From NCBI RefSeq assembly GCF_055900595.2, contig NZ_CM148325.1: 64,000 nt of DNA, one strand, 5' to 3'. Below, in pieces: positions 11,018-21,579 of the stretch. The notes under the pieces were generated by a model. That model searched no databases and was not told the DNA's origin. It saw nothing but the letters and a program-made list of their open reading frames with translations. Each line of letters opens with the position of its first letter. Within the stretch, counting starts at the first letter, position 1. Position numbers and translations under genes: made by a program.

Positions 11018-12391
11018 ATGATGGAAGGTCAACAGCACGGCGAGCAGCTAAAGCGCGGCCTTAAAAACCGCCATATTCAGCTTATCGCGCTGGGTGGCGC
11101 GATAGGGACAGGGCTATTCCTGGGTAGCGCCTCCGTAATACAGTCCGCAGGGCCAGGGATTATCCTGGGTTACGCCATTGCTGGTTTTATCGCCTTTCTG
11201 ATCATGCGTCAGCTGGGTGAAATGGTGGTCGAAGAACCTGTCGCAGGCTCCTTTAGCCACTTTGCTTATAAATACTGGGGCAGCTTTGCTGGCTTCGCCT
11301 CTGGCTGGAACTACTGGGTACTGTACGTTTTAGTTGCCATGGCAGAGCTTACTGCTGTGGGTAAATACATTCAGTTCTGGTATCCAGAAATCCCCACCTG
11401 GGTTTCTGCCGCCGTATTCTTTGTGGTGATCAACGCCATCAACCTGACCAACGTAAAAGTGTTTGGTGAGATGGAGTTCTGGTTTGCCATTATCAAAGTT
11501 ATCGCGGTGGTAGCGATGATCATCTTCGGCGGCTGGCTGCTATTCAGCGGCAACGGCGGCCCGCAGGCGAGCGTTAGCAACCTGTGGGATCAGGGCGGTT
11601 TCCTGCCGCACGGCTTCACCGGGCTGGTGATGATGATGGCGATTATCATGTTCTCGTTCGGTGGTCTGGAACTGGTGGGGATCACCGCAGCAGAAGCTGA
11701 TAACCCGGAGCAAAGCATTCCAAAAGCGACTAACCAGGTTATCTACCGCATCCTGATTTTCTATATTGGTTCGTTAGCCGTTCTGCTCTCGCTGATGCCA
11801 TGGACCCGCGTTACCGCTGATACCAGTCCGTTTGTACTGATCTTCCACGAATTGGGCGATACCTTTGTGGCGAATGCGCTAAACATCGTAGTACTGACTG
11901 CTGCGCTCTCCGTGTACAACAGCTGCGTATATTGCAACAGCCGTATGCTATTTGGGCTGGCACAACAGGGCAACGCGCCAAAAGCGCTAGCGTCTGTCGA
12001 CAAACGCGGCGTACCGGTTAACACCATTCTGGTTTCCGCGCTGGTTACAGCATTGTGCGTGCTGATTAACTACCTTGCACCGGAATCCGCATTCGGACTG
12101 TTAATGGCACTGGTAGTATCTGCACTCGTGATCAACTGGGCGATGATCAGCCTGGCGCATATGAAATTCCGTCGCGCCAAGCAGGAACAAGGTGTGGTAA
12201 CTCGCTTCCCTGCTCTGCTTTATCCGCTGGGTAACTGGATCTGCCTGCTGTTTATGGCGGCGGTACTGGTGATTATGCTGATGACCCCAGGAATGGCGAT
12301 TTCGGTATACCTGATCCCGGTATGGCTGATCGTGTTAGGTATCGGCTATCTGTTTAAAGAGAAAACCGCCAAAGCCGTAAAAGCGCATTAA
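11018..12391 (+). CDS. aroP: aromatic amino acid:H+ symporter (APC family)
   Basis: ORF track 457 aa, MMEGQQHGEQLKRGLKNRHIQLIALGGAIGTGLF...; 12 predicted TM-like hydrophobic stretches. Confidence 0.93.
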   Translation: MMEGQQHGEQLKRGLKNRHIQLIALGGAIGTGLFLGSASVIQSAGPGIILGYAIAGFIAFLIMRQLGEMVVEEPVAGSFSHFAYKYWGSFAGFASGWNYWVLYVLVAMAELTAVGKYIQFWYPEIPTWVSAAVFFVVINAINLTNVKVFGEMEFWFAIIKVIAVVAMIIFGGWLLFSGNGGPQASVSNLWDQGGFLPHGFTGLVMMMAIIMFSFGGLELVGITAAEADNPEQSIPKATNQVIYRILIFYIGSLAVLLSLMPWTRVTADTSPFVLIFHELGDTFVANALNIVVLTAALSVYNSCVYCNSRMLFGLAQQGNAPKALASVDKRGVPVNTILVSALVTALCVLINYLAPESAFGLLMALVVSALVINWAMISLAHMKFRRAKQEQGVVTRFPALLYPLGNWICLLFMAAVLVIMLMTPGMAISVYLIPVWLIVLGIGYLFKEKTAKAVKAH

Positions 12392-12399
12392 TCTCTCTA

Positions 12400-12426
12400 C
12401 GCCCTCACCCGTGCTGGGTGAGGGCG
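12400..12426. terminator. GC-rich hairpin between convergent aroP and ampE (terminator-like, weak U-tracts)
   Basis: 11-bp stem CGCCCTCACCC/GGGTGAGGGCG with 5-nt loop at 12400-12426; only short T-run follows, so intrinsic termination efficiency uncertain. Confidence 0.45.
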
Positions 12427-12433
12427 ACAATCT

Positions 12434-13288
12434 TTACACCAACGCCCCGTAAATCGTCAGTAGCGCAATTACCACCACGACCACGAACGAGGTTTTCTTC
12501 GCCATGGAAACCGCTGCCTTCGGCGTCTCCACCTTATCGACATGCGGTTCACGCGCCAGAGAGAACTGTGCCAGACGTGTTAATACCTGATATTGCGAAG
12601 TATGGAAATCACCCAGCGAAGCAAACCAGGCCGGTAACGCTTTCTCCCCATGACCGATCAAGGCATATACCACACCCGCAAGACGAACCGGCACCCAATC
12701 CAGTACATGAAGCACGGCATCAATGCCGGACTGTAAACGATGATGCGGCGTCTGGTAACGCGCCAGCCAGTATTGCCATGCACGCAAAAACGCATACCCC
12801 ATCAGCGTAACGGGTCCCCAGGTTCCCCCCACAATCAGCCAGAACAACGGAGCAAGATAAAAACGAAAGTTAATCCACAGCAATGCATTTTGCAGCTCAC
12901 GCAAATACTCACGTTCATCGCAGCCTGCCGGGACGCCGTGAATCATGGTGAGTTCGCCAGCCATCGTGGCACGGGCATGGCTATCATTACGTGAAGCAGC
13001 TGTCAGATAAGCATGATAATGAAGACGAACTTTACCTGCGCCAATACACAGCAAACCAATCAGCAGCCACACCAGCAGCGTGGGAACGTTGAACAATACT
13101 CCCTGCAATGCGCGTAACAGTAAAAAAGTCACGCCCATCGCAATAATGGTCATGCCTAATGTGCGCCCGAGAGAAAAATGTTTCACCCGCCGGAAGAACG
13201 CCTCAAGACGATGATCAAGCTGCCAGTGCTCGCCCAGCTTAAACAGGCGCTCGAAAATTAACACCAATAGGGTTGTAAACAGCGTCAT
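12434..13288 (-). CDS. ampE: inner-membrane protein AmpE
   Basis: Track ORF 12434..13327 trimmed to [16 protein letters not shown]... (284 aa); start overlaps ampD stop (ATGA). Confidence 0.9.
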
Positions 13289-13836
13289 GTTGTCTCCTTG
13301 CTGACCAGGGCGCGAAACCGTGCCCAATCAAAGGCGGGGCCGGGATCGGTTTTCCGATCCGGCGCAATATCACAATGGCCCGTCATGTTATTAGCGATAT
13401 CTGGATAGCGATCAATCAGTGCCCGCGTAACCGCCGCAAGCTGTTGATACTGCGCATCGGTATACGCCAGCGTATCGGTGCCTTCCAGCTCAATCCCAAT
13501 AGAAAAATCATTGCAGCGTTCGCGCCCCTGATACTGAGAGACTCCGGCATGCCAGGCACGTTTATCGAAAGGAACATACTGGACTATTTCACCATCGCGG
13601 CGAATCAAACAGTGAGCGGAGACGCGCAAATGGGCGATCTCAGCAAAGAAAGGATGTGCCTGCGGATCAATAGTTCCAGTGAATAATGCGTCGATCCACG
13701 GACCGCCAAACTCGCCTGGCGGCAGGCTAATATTGTGCACCACCAGCAGGGTGGGTGTTTCGTCATCCGGGCGGCAATCGTAATGTGGTGAGGGAACGCG
13801 GCGCGCGCCAACCAGCCACCCCTGTTCTAACAACAT
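13285..13836 (-). CDS. ampD: 1,6-anhydro-N-acetylmuramyl-L-alanine amidase AmpD
   Basis: ORF track 183 aa, [26 protein letters not shown]...; amidase_2 type sequence. Confidence 0.92.
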
Positions 13837-13863
13837 GCAGGATCTCCTTATATGTGGTGCTAA

Positions 13864-14817
<954 letters not shown>

Positions 14818-15019
14818 TTGCTGACAGATTTATCCGCTCCATCGCGGGCGGATAATCTCCCCTTTCCCAACTTTCTTCGTAACGCCTCGCAAATTTCTTG
14901 TCTTTAGCTGCAACGTAATAAAAAACTCCGGAAGCTGCTTTCCCGTTTCGTTTTTTGCCCCTCGCTTGTGCTGATGGCGTTTGCCAAAGTAGCGCCAACC
15001 AAATCAAGGAGCGAAACAA

Positions 15020-15460
15020 ATGGACAAGCAACGCGGTTTTACACTTATCGAACTGATGGTGGTTATTGGCATCATTGCCATTTTAAGCGCCATTGGTATT
15101 CCCGCTTATCAAAACTACCTGCGCAAAGCCGCACTCACCGACATGCTACAAACCTTTGTGCCTTACCGTACCGCCGTAGAGTTGTGCGCGCTGGAACATG
15201 GTGGATTAGATACCTGCGACGGTGGCAGCAATGGCATTCCCTCGCCTACCACCACCCGCTATGTTTCAGCCATGAGTGTGGCAAAGGGCGTGGTGTCGCT
15301 GACCGGGCAAGAAAGTCTCAATGGGCTAAGCGTCGTCATGACACCGGGTTGGGATAACGCAAACGGCGTCACCGGCTGGACGCGCAACTGCAATATTCAA
15401 AGTGACAGCGCATTGCAGCAAGCCTGCGAAGATGTCTTTCGCTTTGATGACGCCAACTAA
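15020..15460 (+). CDS. ppdD: type IV prepilin (prepilin peptidase-dependent protein D)
   Basis: ORF track 146 aa; N-terminus MDKQRGFTLIELMVVIGIIAIL is a classic type IV pilin leader with G/F cleavage site and E+5; AAGGA SD. Confidence 0.9.
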   Translation: MDKQRGFTLIELMVVIGIIAILSAIGIPAYQNYLRKAALTDMLQTFVPYRTAVELCALEHGGLDTCDGGSNGIPSPTTTRYVSAMSVAKGVVSLTGQESLNGLSVVMTPGWDNANGVTGWTRNCNIQSDSALQQACEDVFRFDDAN

Positions 15461-15469
15461 GGAGCGGCA

Positions 15470-16855
15470 ATGAATATTCCACAGCTCACCGCCCTGTGTC
15501 TGCGTTATCAGGGAGTCTTGCTGGATGCCAGCGAAGAGGTGGTTCATGTTGCGGTGGTCGATGCCCCTTCGCATGAGCTACTGGACGCATTGCATTTCGC
15601 TACCACCAAACGTATTGAGATCACCTGCTGGACGCGCCAACAAATGGAAGGTCACGCCAGTCGCACCCAACAGACATTGCCCGTAGCTATTCATGAGAAG
15701 CATCAGCCCAAAGCAGAGTTGCTGACTCGAACGTTACAATCTGCGCTGGAACAACGCGCGTCTGATATTCATATCGAACCAGCGGACAATGCCTACCGCA
15801 TCCGCTTGCGTATCGACGGTGTATTGCATCCTTTACCGGATGTTTTACCGGATGCCGGAGTCGCATTAACCGCCAGATTAAAAGTGCTGGGCAACCTGGA
15901 TATTGCGGAACATCGCCTGCCGCAGGACGGGCAATTCACTGTCGAACTGGCAGGAAACGCCGTCTCATTTCGTATTGCGACCTTACCATGCCAGGGTGGT
16001 GAAAAGGTGGTATTAAGGTTGTTACAGCAGGTGAGCCAGGCACTGGATATCAACACGCTGGGGATGCAGCCGTTACAACTGGCGGACTTTGCTCATGCCT
16101 TGCAACAACCACAGGGACTGGTGCTGGTAACTGGCCCTACAGGCAGCGGCAAAACGGTCACGCTTTATAGTGCCCTGCAAACGCTGAATACCGCTGACAT
16201 TAATATTTGTAGCGTCGAAGATCCGGTTGAGATCCCCATAGCCGGACTAAACCAGACGCAAATCCATCCGCGTGCCGGTCTTACCTTTCAGGGCGTTTTG
16301 CGTGCGTTATTGCGCCAGGACCCTGACGTCATCATGATCGGAGAGATCCGCGATGGCGAAACAGCAGAGATCGCTATTAAAGCGGCGCAAACCGGTCACC
16401 TGGTGTTGTCTACCCTACACACCAATTCCACCACTGAAACGCTGGTACGTTTACAGCAAATGGGAGTCGCCCGCTGGATGCTCTCATCGGCGCTTACGCT
16501 GGTAATAGCCCAGCGTCTGGTACGTAAACTTTGCCCACATTGTCGCCTGCAGCAAGGGGAGCCCATCCATATTCCAGACAATGTATGGCCGTCGCCGCTG
16601 CCCCGCTGGCAAGCACCCGGTTGTGTACATTGCTACCACGGTTTTTATGGTCGCACGGCCTTATTTGAAGTTCTGCCCATAACACCGTTCATACGTCAGC
16701 TTATTTCCGCTAATACCGACGTTGAATCGCTGGAAACGCACGCCCGACAGGCGGGTATGCGAACGCTTTTTGAAAACGGCTGCCTGGCCGTGGAGCAAGG
16801 CTTAACCACCTTTGAAGAGTTAATCCGCGTATTGGGAATGCCGCATGGCGAGTAA
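15470..16855 (+). CDS. hofB: type IV pilus / T2SS assembly ATPase (GspE/PilB family)
   Basis: ORF track 461 aa; Walker A GPTGSGKT, tetracysteine motif CPHC...C..C near C-terminus. Confidence 0.9.
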   Translation: MNIPQLTALCLRYQGVLLDASEEVVHVAVVDAPSHELLDALHFATTKRIEITCWTRQQMEGHASRTQQTLPVAIHEKHQPKAELLTRTLQSALEQRASDIHIEPADNAYRIRLRIDGVLHPLPDVLPDAGVALTARLKVLGNLDIAEHRLPQDGQFTVELAGNAVSFRIATLPCQGGEKVVLRLLQQVSQALDINTLGMQPLQLADFAHALQQPQGLVLVTGPTGSGKTVTLYSALQTLNTADINICSVEDPVEIPIAGLNQTQIHPRAGLTFQGVLRALLRQDPDVIMIGEIRDGETAEIAIKAAQTGHLVLSTLHTNSTTETLVRLQQMGVARWMLSSALTLVIAQRLVRKLCPHCRLQQGEPIHIPDNVWPSPLPRWQAPGCVHCYHGFYGRTALFEVLPITPFIRQLISANTDVESLETHARQAGMRTLFENGCLAVEQGLTTFEELIRVLGMPHGE

Positions 16856-18047
16856 GCAACTCTGGCGCTGGCGTGGCATAACCGGCGACGGCAATGCGCA
16901 AGATGGGATGCTATGGGCAGAGAGCCGTGCTTTGCTGCTCATAGCACTACAGCAACAGATGGTTACCCCACTTAGCCTGAAGCGAATCGCCATCAATTCT
17001 GCGCAGTGGCGAGGAGATAAAAGCGCGGAAGTCATTCATCAACTGGCGACGCTACTCAAAGCCGGGTTAACGCTTTCTGAAGGGCTGGCACTGCTGGCGG
17101 AACAGCATCCCAGTAAGCAATGGCAAGCGTTGCTGCAATCGCTGGCGCACGATCTCGAACAGGGCATTGCTTTTTCCAATGCCTTATTACCCTGGTCAGA
17201 GGTATTTCCGCCGCTCTATCAGGCAATGATCCGCACGGGGGAATTGACTGGTAAGTTAGATGAATGTTGCTTTGAACTTGCTCGTCAGCAAAAAGCCCAA
17301 CGTCAGTTAGCCGATAAAGTGAAATCAGCGTTGCGTTATCCCATCATCATTTTAGCGATGGCAATCATGGTGGTTGTGGCAATGCTGCATTTTGTACTGC
17401 CGGAGTTTGCTGCTATCTACAAGACCTTTAACACCCCATTACCGGCGCTAACGCAGGGGATCATGACGCTGGCAGACTTTAGTGGCGAATGGGGCTGGCT
17501 GCTGCTGTTGTTCGGCTTACTGCTGGCAATAGCCAATAAGTTGCTGATGCGCCGCCCGACCTGGCTTATCGCGCGGCAGAAATGGCTGTTACGCATCCCG
17601 ATTATGGGTTCACTGATGCGGGGACAAAAACTCACGCAGATCTTTACGATTCTGGCGCTGACTCAAAGTGCAGGCATTACTTTTTTACAGGGCGTAGAGA
17701 GCGTCAGAGAAACAATGCGCTGCCCGTACTGGGAGCAACTTCTGACACAAATCCAGCACGATATCAGTAACGGTCATCCTATCTGGCTGGCGCTAAAAAA
17801 TGCCGGTGAGTTTAGCCCGCTCTGTTTGCAATTAGTGAGAACAGGAGAGGCATCCGGTTCGCTGGATCTCATGTTAGACAACCTCGCCCGTCATCATCGG
17901 GATAACACCATGGCGCTGGCGGATAACCTTGCAGCCTTGCTCGAACCGGTGTTGCTGGTCATAACGGGAGGAATTATCGGTACGCTAGTGGTGGCAATGT
18001 ATTTGCCAATTTTCCATTTAGGCGATGCGATGAGTGGGATGGGATAA
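16845..18047 (+). CDS. hofC: type IV pilus inner-membrane platform protein (GspF/PilC family)
   Basis: ORF track 400 aa; overlaps hofB by 11 nt; two GspF-like repeats with TM segments. Confidence 0.9.
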   Translation: MASKQLWRWRGITGDGNAQDGMLWAESRALLLIALQQQMVTPLSLKRIAINSAQWRGDKSAEVIHQLATLLKAGLTLSEGLALLAEQHPSKQWQALLQSLAHDLEQGIAFSNALLPWSEVFPPLYQAMIRTGELTGKLDECCFELARQQKAQRQLADKVKSALRYPIIILAMAIMVVVAMLHFVLPEFAAIYKTFNTPLPALTQGIMTLADFSGEWGWLLLLFGLLLAIANKLLMRRPTWLIARQKWLLRIPIMGSLMRGQKLTQIFTILALTQSAGITFLQGVESVRETMRCPYWEQLLTQIQHDISNGHPIWLALKNAGEFSPLCLQLVRTGEASGSLDLMLDNLARHHRDNTMALADNLAALLEPVLLVITGGIIGTLVVAMYLPIFHLGDAMSGMG

Positions 18048-18048
18048 C

Positions 18049-18072
18049 GCTGGCGTGTTACTCCACGCCAGC
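18049..18072. terminator. hairpin between convergent hofC and guaC
   Basis: 9-bp stem GCTGGCGTG/CACGCCAGC with 6-nt loop directly after the hofC stop and 10 nt before the guaC stop; no strong U-tract. Confidence 0.45.
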
Positions 18073-18081
18073 ATTGGGAGA

Positions 18082-19125
18082 TTACAGATTGTTGAAGATG
18101 CGGTTTTCTTGTTCCTGTACACGGATAAACGTAGTGCGCTTGGTCAGCTCTTTCAGGCGTGAAGCCCCAACGTATGTACAAGCTGAACGCAGGCCGCCCA
18201 AAATATCACGCGCGGTATTTTCAACCGGGCCTCGCAGCGGCAGCTTAACGGTTTTACCTTCTGCTGCGCGATATTCCGCAACGCCGCCAACGTGACGTTT
18301 CATCGCAGACTCGGAGCTCATGCCGTAGAACAGCATAAATTTCTCGCCGTTCTCCTCAACGATGCGACCGCCGCTCTCTTCGTGGCCCGCCAGCATGCCG
18401 CCAAGCATGACGAAATCGGCACCGCCGCCAAAGGCTTTCGCGACATCGCCCGGCGTGGTGCAGCCACCGTCGCTGACGATCATTCCGCCCAGACCATGCG
18501 CAGCATCGGCACATTCGATCACCGCAGAAAGTTGCGGATAACCGACGCCTGTTTTGACGCGAGTTGTACAAACAGAACCGGGGCCAATGCCAACTTTAAC
18601 GATATCAGCACCGGAGAGGATAAGCTCCTCACACATTTCACCTGTCACGACGTTGCCAGCACAAATGGTTTTGGTCGGCCACGCTTCACGCGCTTTCGCA
18701 ACGAACTGCACGAAGTGTTCAGAATAACCATTCGCCACATCAATACAAACGAAGTTTAATGCCGGGTTCAGGTCGAGAATCTGTTTAGTTTTTTCGAAAT
18801 CCGCATCAGACGTACCGGTAGAAACCATCACATGTTTCAGCACATCAGCGGAAGAATTGTTGATAAACGCTTGCCACTCTTCGACAGAATAGTGTTTATG
18901 CACAGCAGTCAGAATATCAAAAGAAGCCAGCGCAGAGGCCATAGAAAATGTGCCTACGGTGTCCATATTTGCGGCAATAATCGGCACGCCGGACCAGCTC
19001 TGACCTGAATGTTTAAAGGTGAATTGACGTTCCAGTTCAACATCGGAACGGCTTTTAAGAGTGGAGCGTTTAGGGCGGATGAGAACGTCTTTAAAACCTA
19101 ACTTCAGATCTTCTTCAATACGCAT
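18082..19125 (-). CDS. guaC: GMP reductase
   Basis: ORF track 347 aa, [23 protein letters not shown]...; IMPDH/GMPR TIM-barrel family. Confidence 0.93.
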
Positions 19126-19349
19126 GTGCGGATTCCTGGGGTTAATGGCTATAAGGGTAAGAGCGCAACTCCAGTGACGCTATCATACGCACTAATCAAT
19201 GCGGCGCAAGACTGCGAAATTGTCTTTTTTTACGCTACAATCCCATAAATTTACCTGGTAAATAGTGAGCGAACGTTTCATCAATTTCGCTTTCGTGCGC
19301 TCATTTTTAACGTTTTGATAATCATGATGAATTCCCGGGAATATAAATT

Positions 19350-19970
19350 ATGAGGTATATAGTTGCCTTAACGGGAGGCATTGGCAGTGGCAAGAGTACC
19401 GTTGCCAATGCGTTTGCTGATCTCGGAATTAACGTCATTGATGCCGATATTATTGCGCGTCAGGTGGTTGAACCAGGTGCACCTGCGCTACATGCCATTG
19501 CTGATCACTTTGGCGCTAACATGATTGCTGCTGATGGAACATTGCAGCGCCGGGCCTTGCGCGAGCGGATTTTCGCCAACCCGGAAGAGAAAAACTGGCT
19601 TAACGCCCTGCTGCATCCGCTGATTCAGCAAGAGACGCAACACCAGATCCAGCAAGCAACTTCCCCCTATGTACTGTGGGTTGTGCCATTGCTGGTAGAA
19701 AACTCATTGTATAAAAAAGCGAATCGAGTGCTGGTGGTGGATGTCAGCCCAGAAACGCAACTTAAGCGCACCATGCAGCGCGATGATGTCACTCGCGAGC
19801 ATGTCGAACAAATCCTTGCTGCTCAGGCACCGCGCGAAGCTCGCCTTGCCGTGGCAGATGACGTCATTGATAATAACGGCGCACCGGATGCTATCGCATC
19901 GGATGTTGCCCGCCTGCACGCACACTATTTGCAGCTTGCGTCGCAGTTTGTCTCACAGGAAAAACCGTAA
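19350..19970 (+). CDS. coaE: dephospho-CoA kinase
   Basis: ORF track 206 aa; P-loop GGIGSGKST at N-terminus. Confidence 0.9.
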   Translation: MRYIVALTGGIGSGKSTVANAFADLGINVIDADIIARQVVEPGAPALHAIADHFGANMIAADGTLQRRALRERIFANPEEKNWLNALLHPLIQQETQHQIQQATSPYVLWVVPLLVENSLYKKANRVLVVDVSPETQLKRTMQRDDVTREHVEQILAAQAPREARLAVADDVIDNNGAPDAIASDVARLHAHYLQLASQFVSQEKP

Positions 19971-20713
19971 TGCAGACCCAGGTCCTTTTTGAACATCCAC
20001 TAAATGAAAAAATGCGTACATGGCTGCGCATTGAGTTTTTGATTCAGCAACTCACCGTTAATCTACCCGTCGTTGACTACGCTGGCGCTCTGCATTTCTT
20101 CCGCAATGTCAGTGAATTACTGGATGTTTTCGAGCGCGGCGAAGTCCGTACTGAGCTGTTGAAAGAACTTGACCGCCAGCAGCGCAAACTCCAGACCTGG
20201 ATTGGCGTGCCTGGCGTTGACCAGAGCCGCATTGAAGCATTAATTCAGCAGTTAAAAGCGGCGGGGAGCGTATTAATTTCCGCGCCGCGTATCGGGCAAT
20301 TTCTGCGTGAAGATCGTTTGATTGCTCTGGTGCGTCAGCGACTGAGCATCCCAGGCGGCTGTTGTAGCTTTGATTTACCTACATTGCACATTTGGCTGCA
20401 TCTACCCCAGGCGCAGCGCGACAGCCAGGTAGAAACCTGGATTGCCAGCCTGAACCCGCTCACCCAGGCACTTACCATGGTGCTGGATTTAATTCGCCAG
20501 TCGGCCCCCTTCCGTAAACAAACCAGCCTGAATGGTTTTTATCAGGATAACGGTGGCGATGCCGACTTGCTGCGCCTGAATCTGTCGCTCGATTCACAGC
20601 TTTATCCGCAAATTTCCGGTCATAAGAGCCGTTTTGCCATTCGTTTTATGCCGCTGGATAGTGAAAACGGACAGGTACCGGAACGTCTGGATTTCGAACT
20701 GGCCTGTTGCTAA
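19970..20713 (+). CDS. zapD: cell division factor ZapD (FtsZ-ring associated)
   Basis: ORF track 247 aa; start overlaps coaE stop by 1 nt (TAATG). Confidence 0.9.
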   Translation: MQTQVLFEHPLNEKMRTWLRIEFLIQQLTVNLPVVDYAGALHFFRNVSELLDVFERGEVRTELLKELDRQQRKLQTWIGVPGVDQSRIEALIQQLKAAGSVLISAPRIGQFLREDRLIALVRQRLSIPGGCCSFDLPTLHIWLHLPQAQRDSQVETWIASLNPLTQALTMVLDLIRQSAPFRKQTSLNGFYQDNGGDADLLRLNLSLDSQLYPQISGHKSRFAIRFMPLDSENGQVPERLDFELACC

Positions 20714-20722
20714 GGAGTAAAA

Positions 20723-20920
20723 ATGTCAGAAACTATTACGGTGAATTGCCCAACCTGCGGGAAAACGGTGGTGTGGGGTGAAATCAGCCCGTTTCGGCCA
20801 TTTTGTTCCAAACGTTGCCAGCTGATCGACCTCGGAGAATGGGCTGCTGAAGAAAAGCGAATCCCCAGCAGTGGCGATCTTTCCGAAAGCGATGACTGGA
20901 GCGAAGAGCCAAAGCAGTGA
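20723..20920 (+). CDS. yacG: DNA gyrase inhibitor YacG (zinc finger)
   Basis: ORF track 65 aa; CPTCGK...CSKRC zinc-binding motif; AAGGAG SD. Confidence 0.9.
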
Positions 20921-20927
20921 CATTTTA

Positions 20928-21125
20928 TCTGATGCGACGCTGGCCTGATAAGACGCGGGCAGCGTCGCATCAGGCATCGTGTGCAAATGTCGGATGCGGC
21001 GGGAACGCCTTATCCGACCTACAAGACCTTACATATCAACGTGTTAAAATTGTAGATGCTGATAAGACGCGCCAGCGTCGCATCGGGCATCTTGTGCAAA
21101 TGTTGGATGCGGCATAAACGCCTAT
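20928..21125. repeat. REP/BIME cluster (several REP-like palindromic units)
   Basis: Repeated units CTGATGCGACGCTGGC...GCCAGCGTCGCATCAGGC and GGATGCGGCG..AACGCCTTATCCGACCTAC between yacG and mutT; overlaps the last mutT codons. Confidence 0.75.
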
Positions 21126-21520
21126 CCGACATACACACGCTTAAGCTTCGCAAGTACCGGTTCATTGGCTGGCGGAAAATCATCGGCATTCAGACCGACC
21201 AGCGACATCCACTCACCGGGTTGCCCTTCTTTACCCCACGGCTCCCCTTCCCAGCTTTCGACCAGCCAGAACCACAGTGTTATATGCCTGTCCGGGAATT
21301 CATATTCCAGTTTTTCAAATAGCGAATAATGTTGTGGGGTAATCCCGACTTCTTCCTGAAGTTCACGCACCACCGCCTGTTCCGGCGTTTCGCCCATTTC
21401 AATTTTACCGCCAGGAAACTCCAGTTTATTCGCCATGTGCGCATCTGCGGCGCGACGGGTTATAAAGATTTCATTGTTCTCGTTGCGAATAATACCTACC
21501 GCAATTTGCAGCTTTTTCAT
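21122..21520 (-). CDS. mutT: 8-oxo-dGTP diphosphatase (Nudix hydrolase) MutT
   Basis: ORF track 132 aa; Nudix box GGKIEMGETPEQAVVRELQEEVG. Confidence 0.9.
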   Translation of the reverse strand: MKKLQIAVGIIRNENNEIFITRRAADAHMANKLEFPGGKIEMGETPEQAVVRELQEEVGITPQHYSLFEKLEYEFPDRHITLWFWLVESWEGEPWGKEGQPGEWMSLVGLNADDFPPANEPVLAKLKRVYVG

Positions 21521-21532
21521 TGTCTTAAACCT

Positions 21533-21562
21533 ATAAAAAAGGCGCAGAATCCTGCGCCTTTT
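21533..21562 (-). terminator. intrinsic terminator in the 59-nt secA-mutT gap
   Basis: On the minus strand: GGCGCAG - loop - CTGCGCC followed by TTTTTTATAGG (plus-strand A6 at 21535-21540). Confidence 0.65.
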
Positions 21563-21579
21563 ACTTCAACTGTTAGCTT

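Noticed and set aside
14826-14860. Hairpin after nadC (TATCCGC...GCGGATA) as intrinsic terminator
   Set aside because: Stem is short with a 10-nt loop and is followed by a C/T-mixed run rather than a clean U-tract; too weak to call confidently.
20928-21125. Palindromic repeat cluster as a mobile element or integration site
   Set aside because: Sequence matches REP/BIME units (GCCTGATGCGACGCT... / GGATGCGGCG...) which are non-autonomous intergenic repeats; no transposase, inverted terminal repeats of an IS, or target-site duplication.
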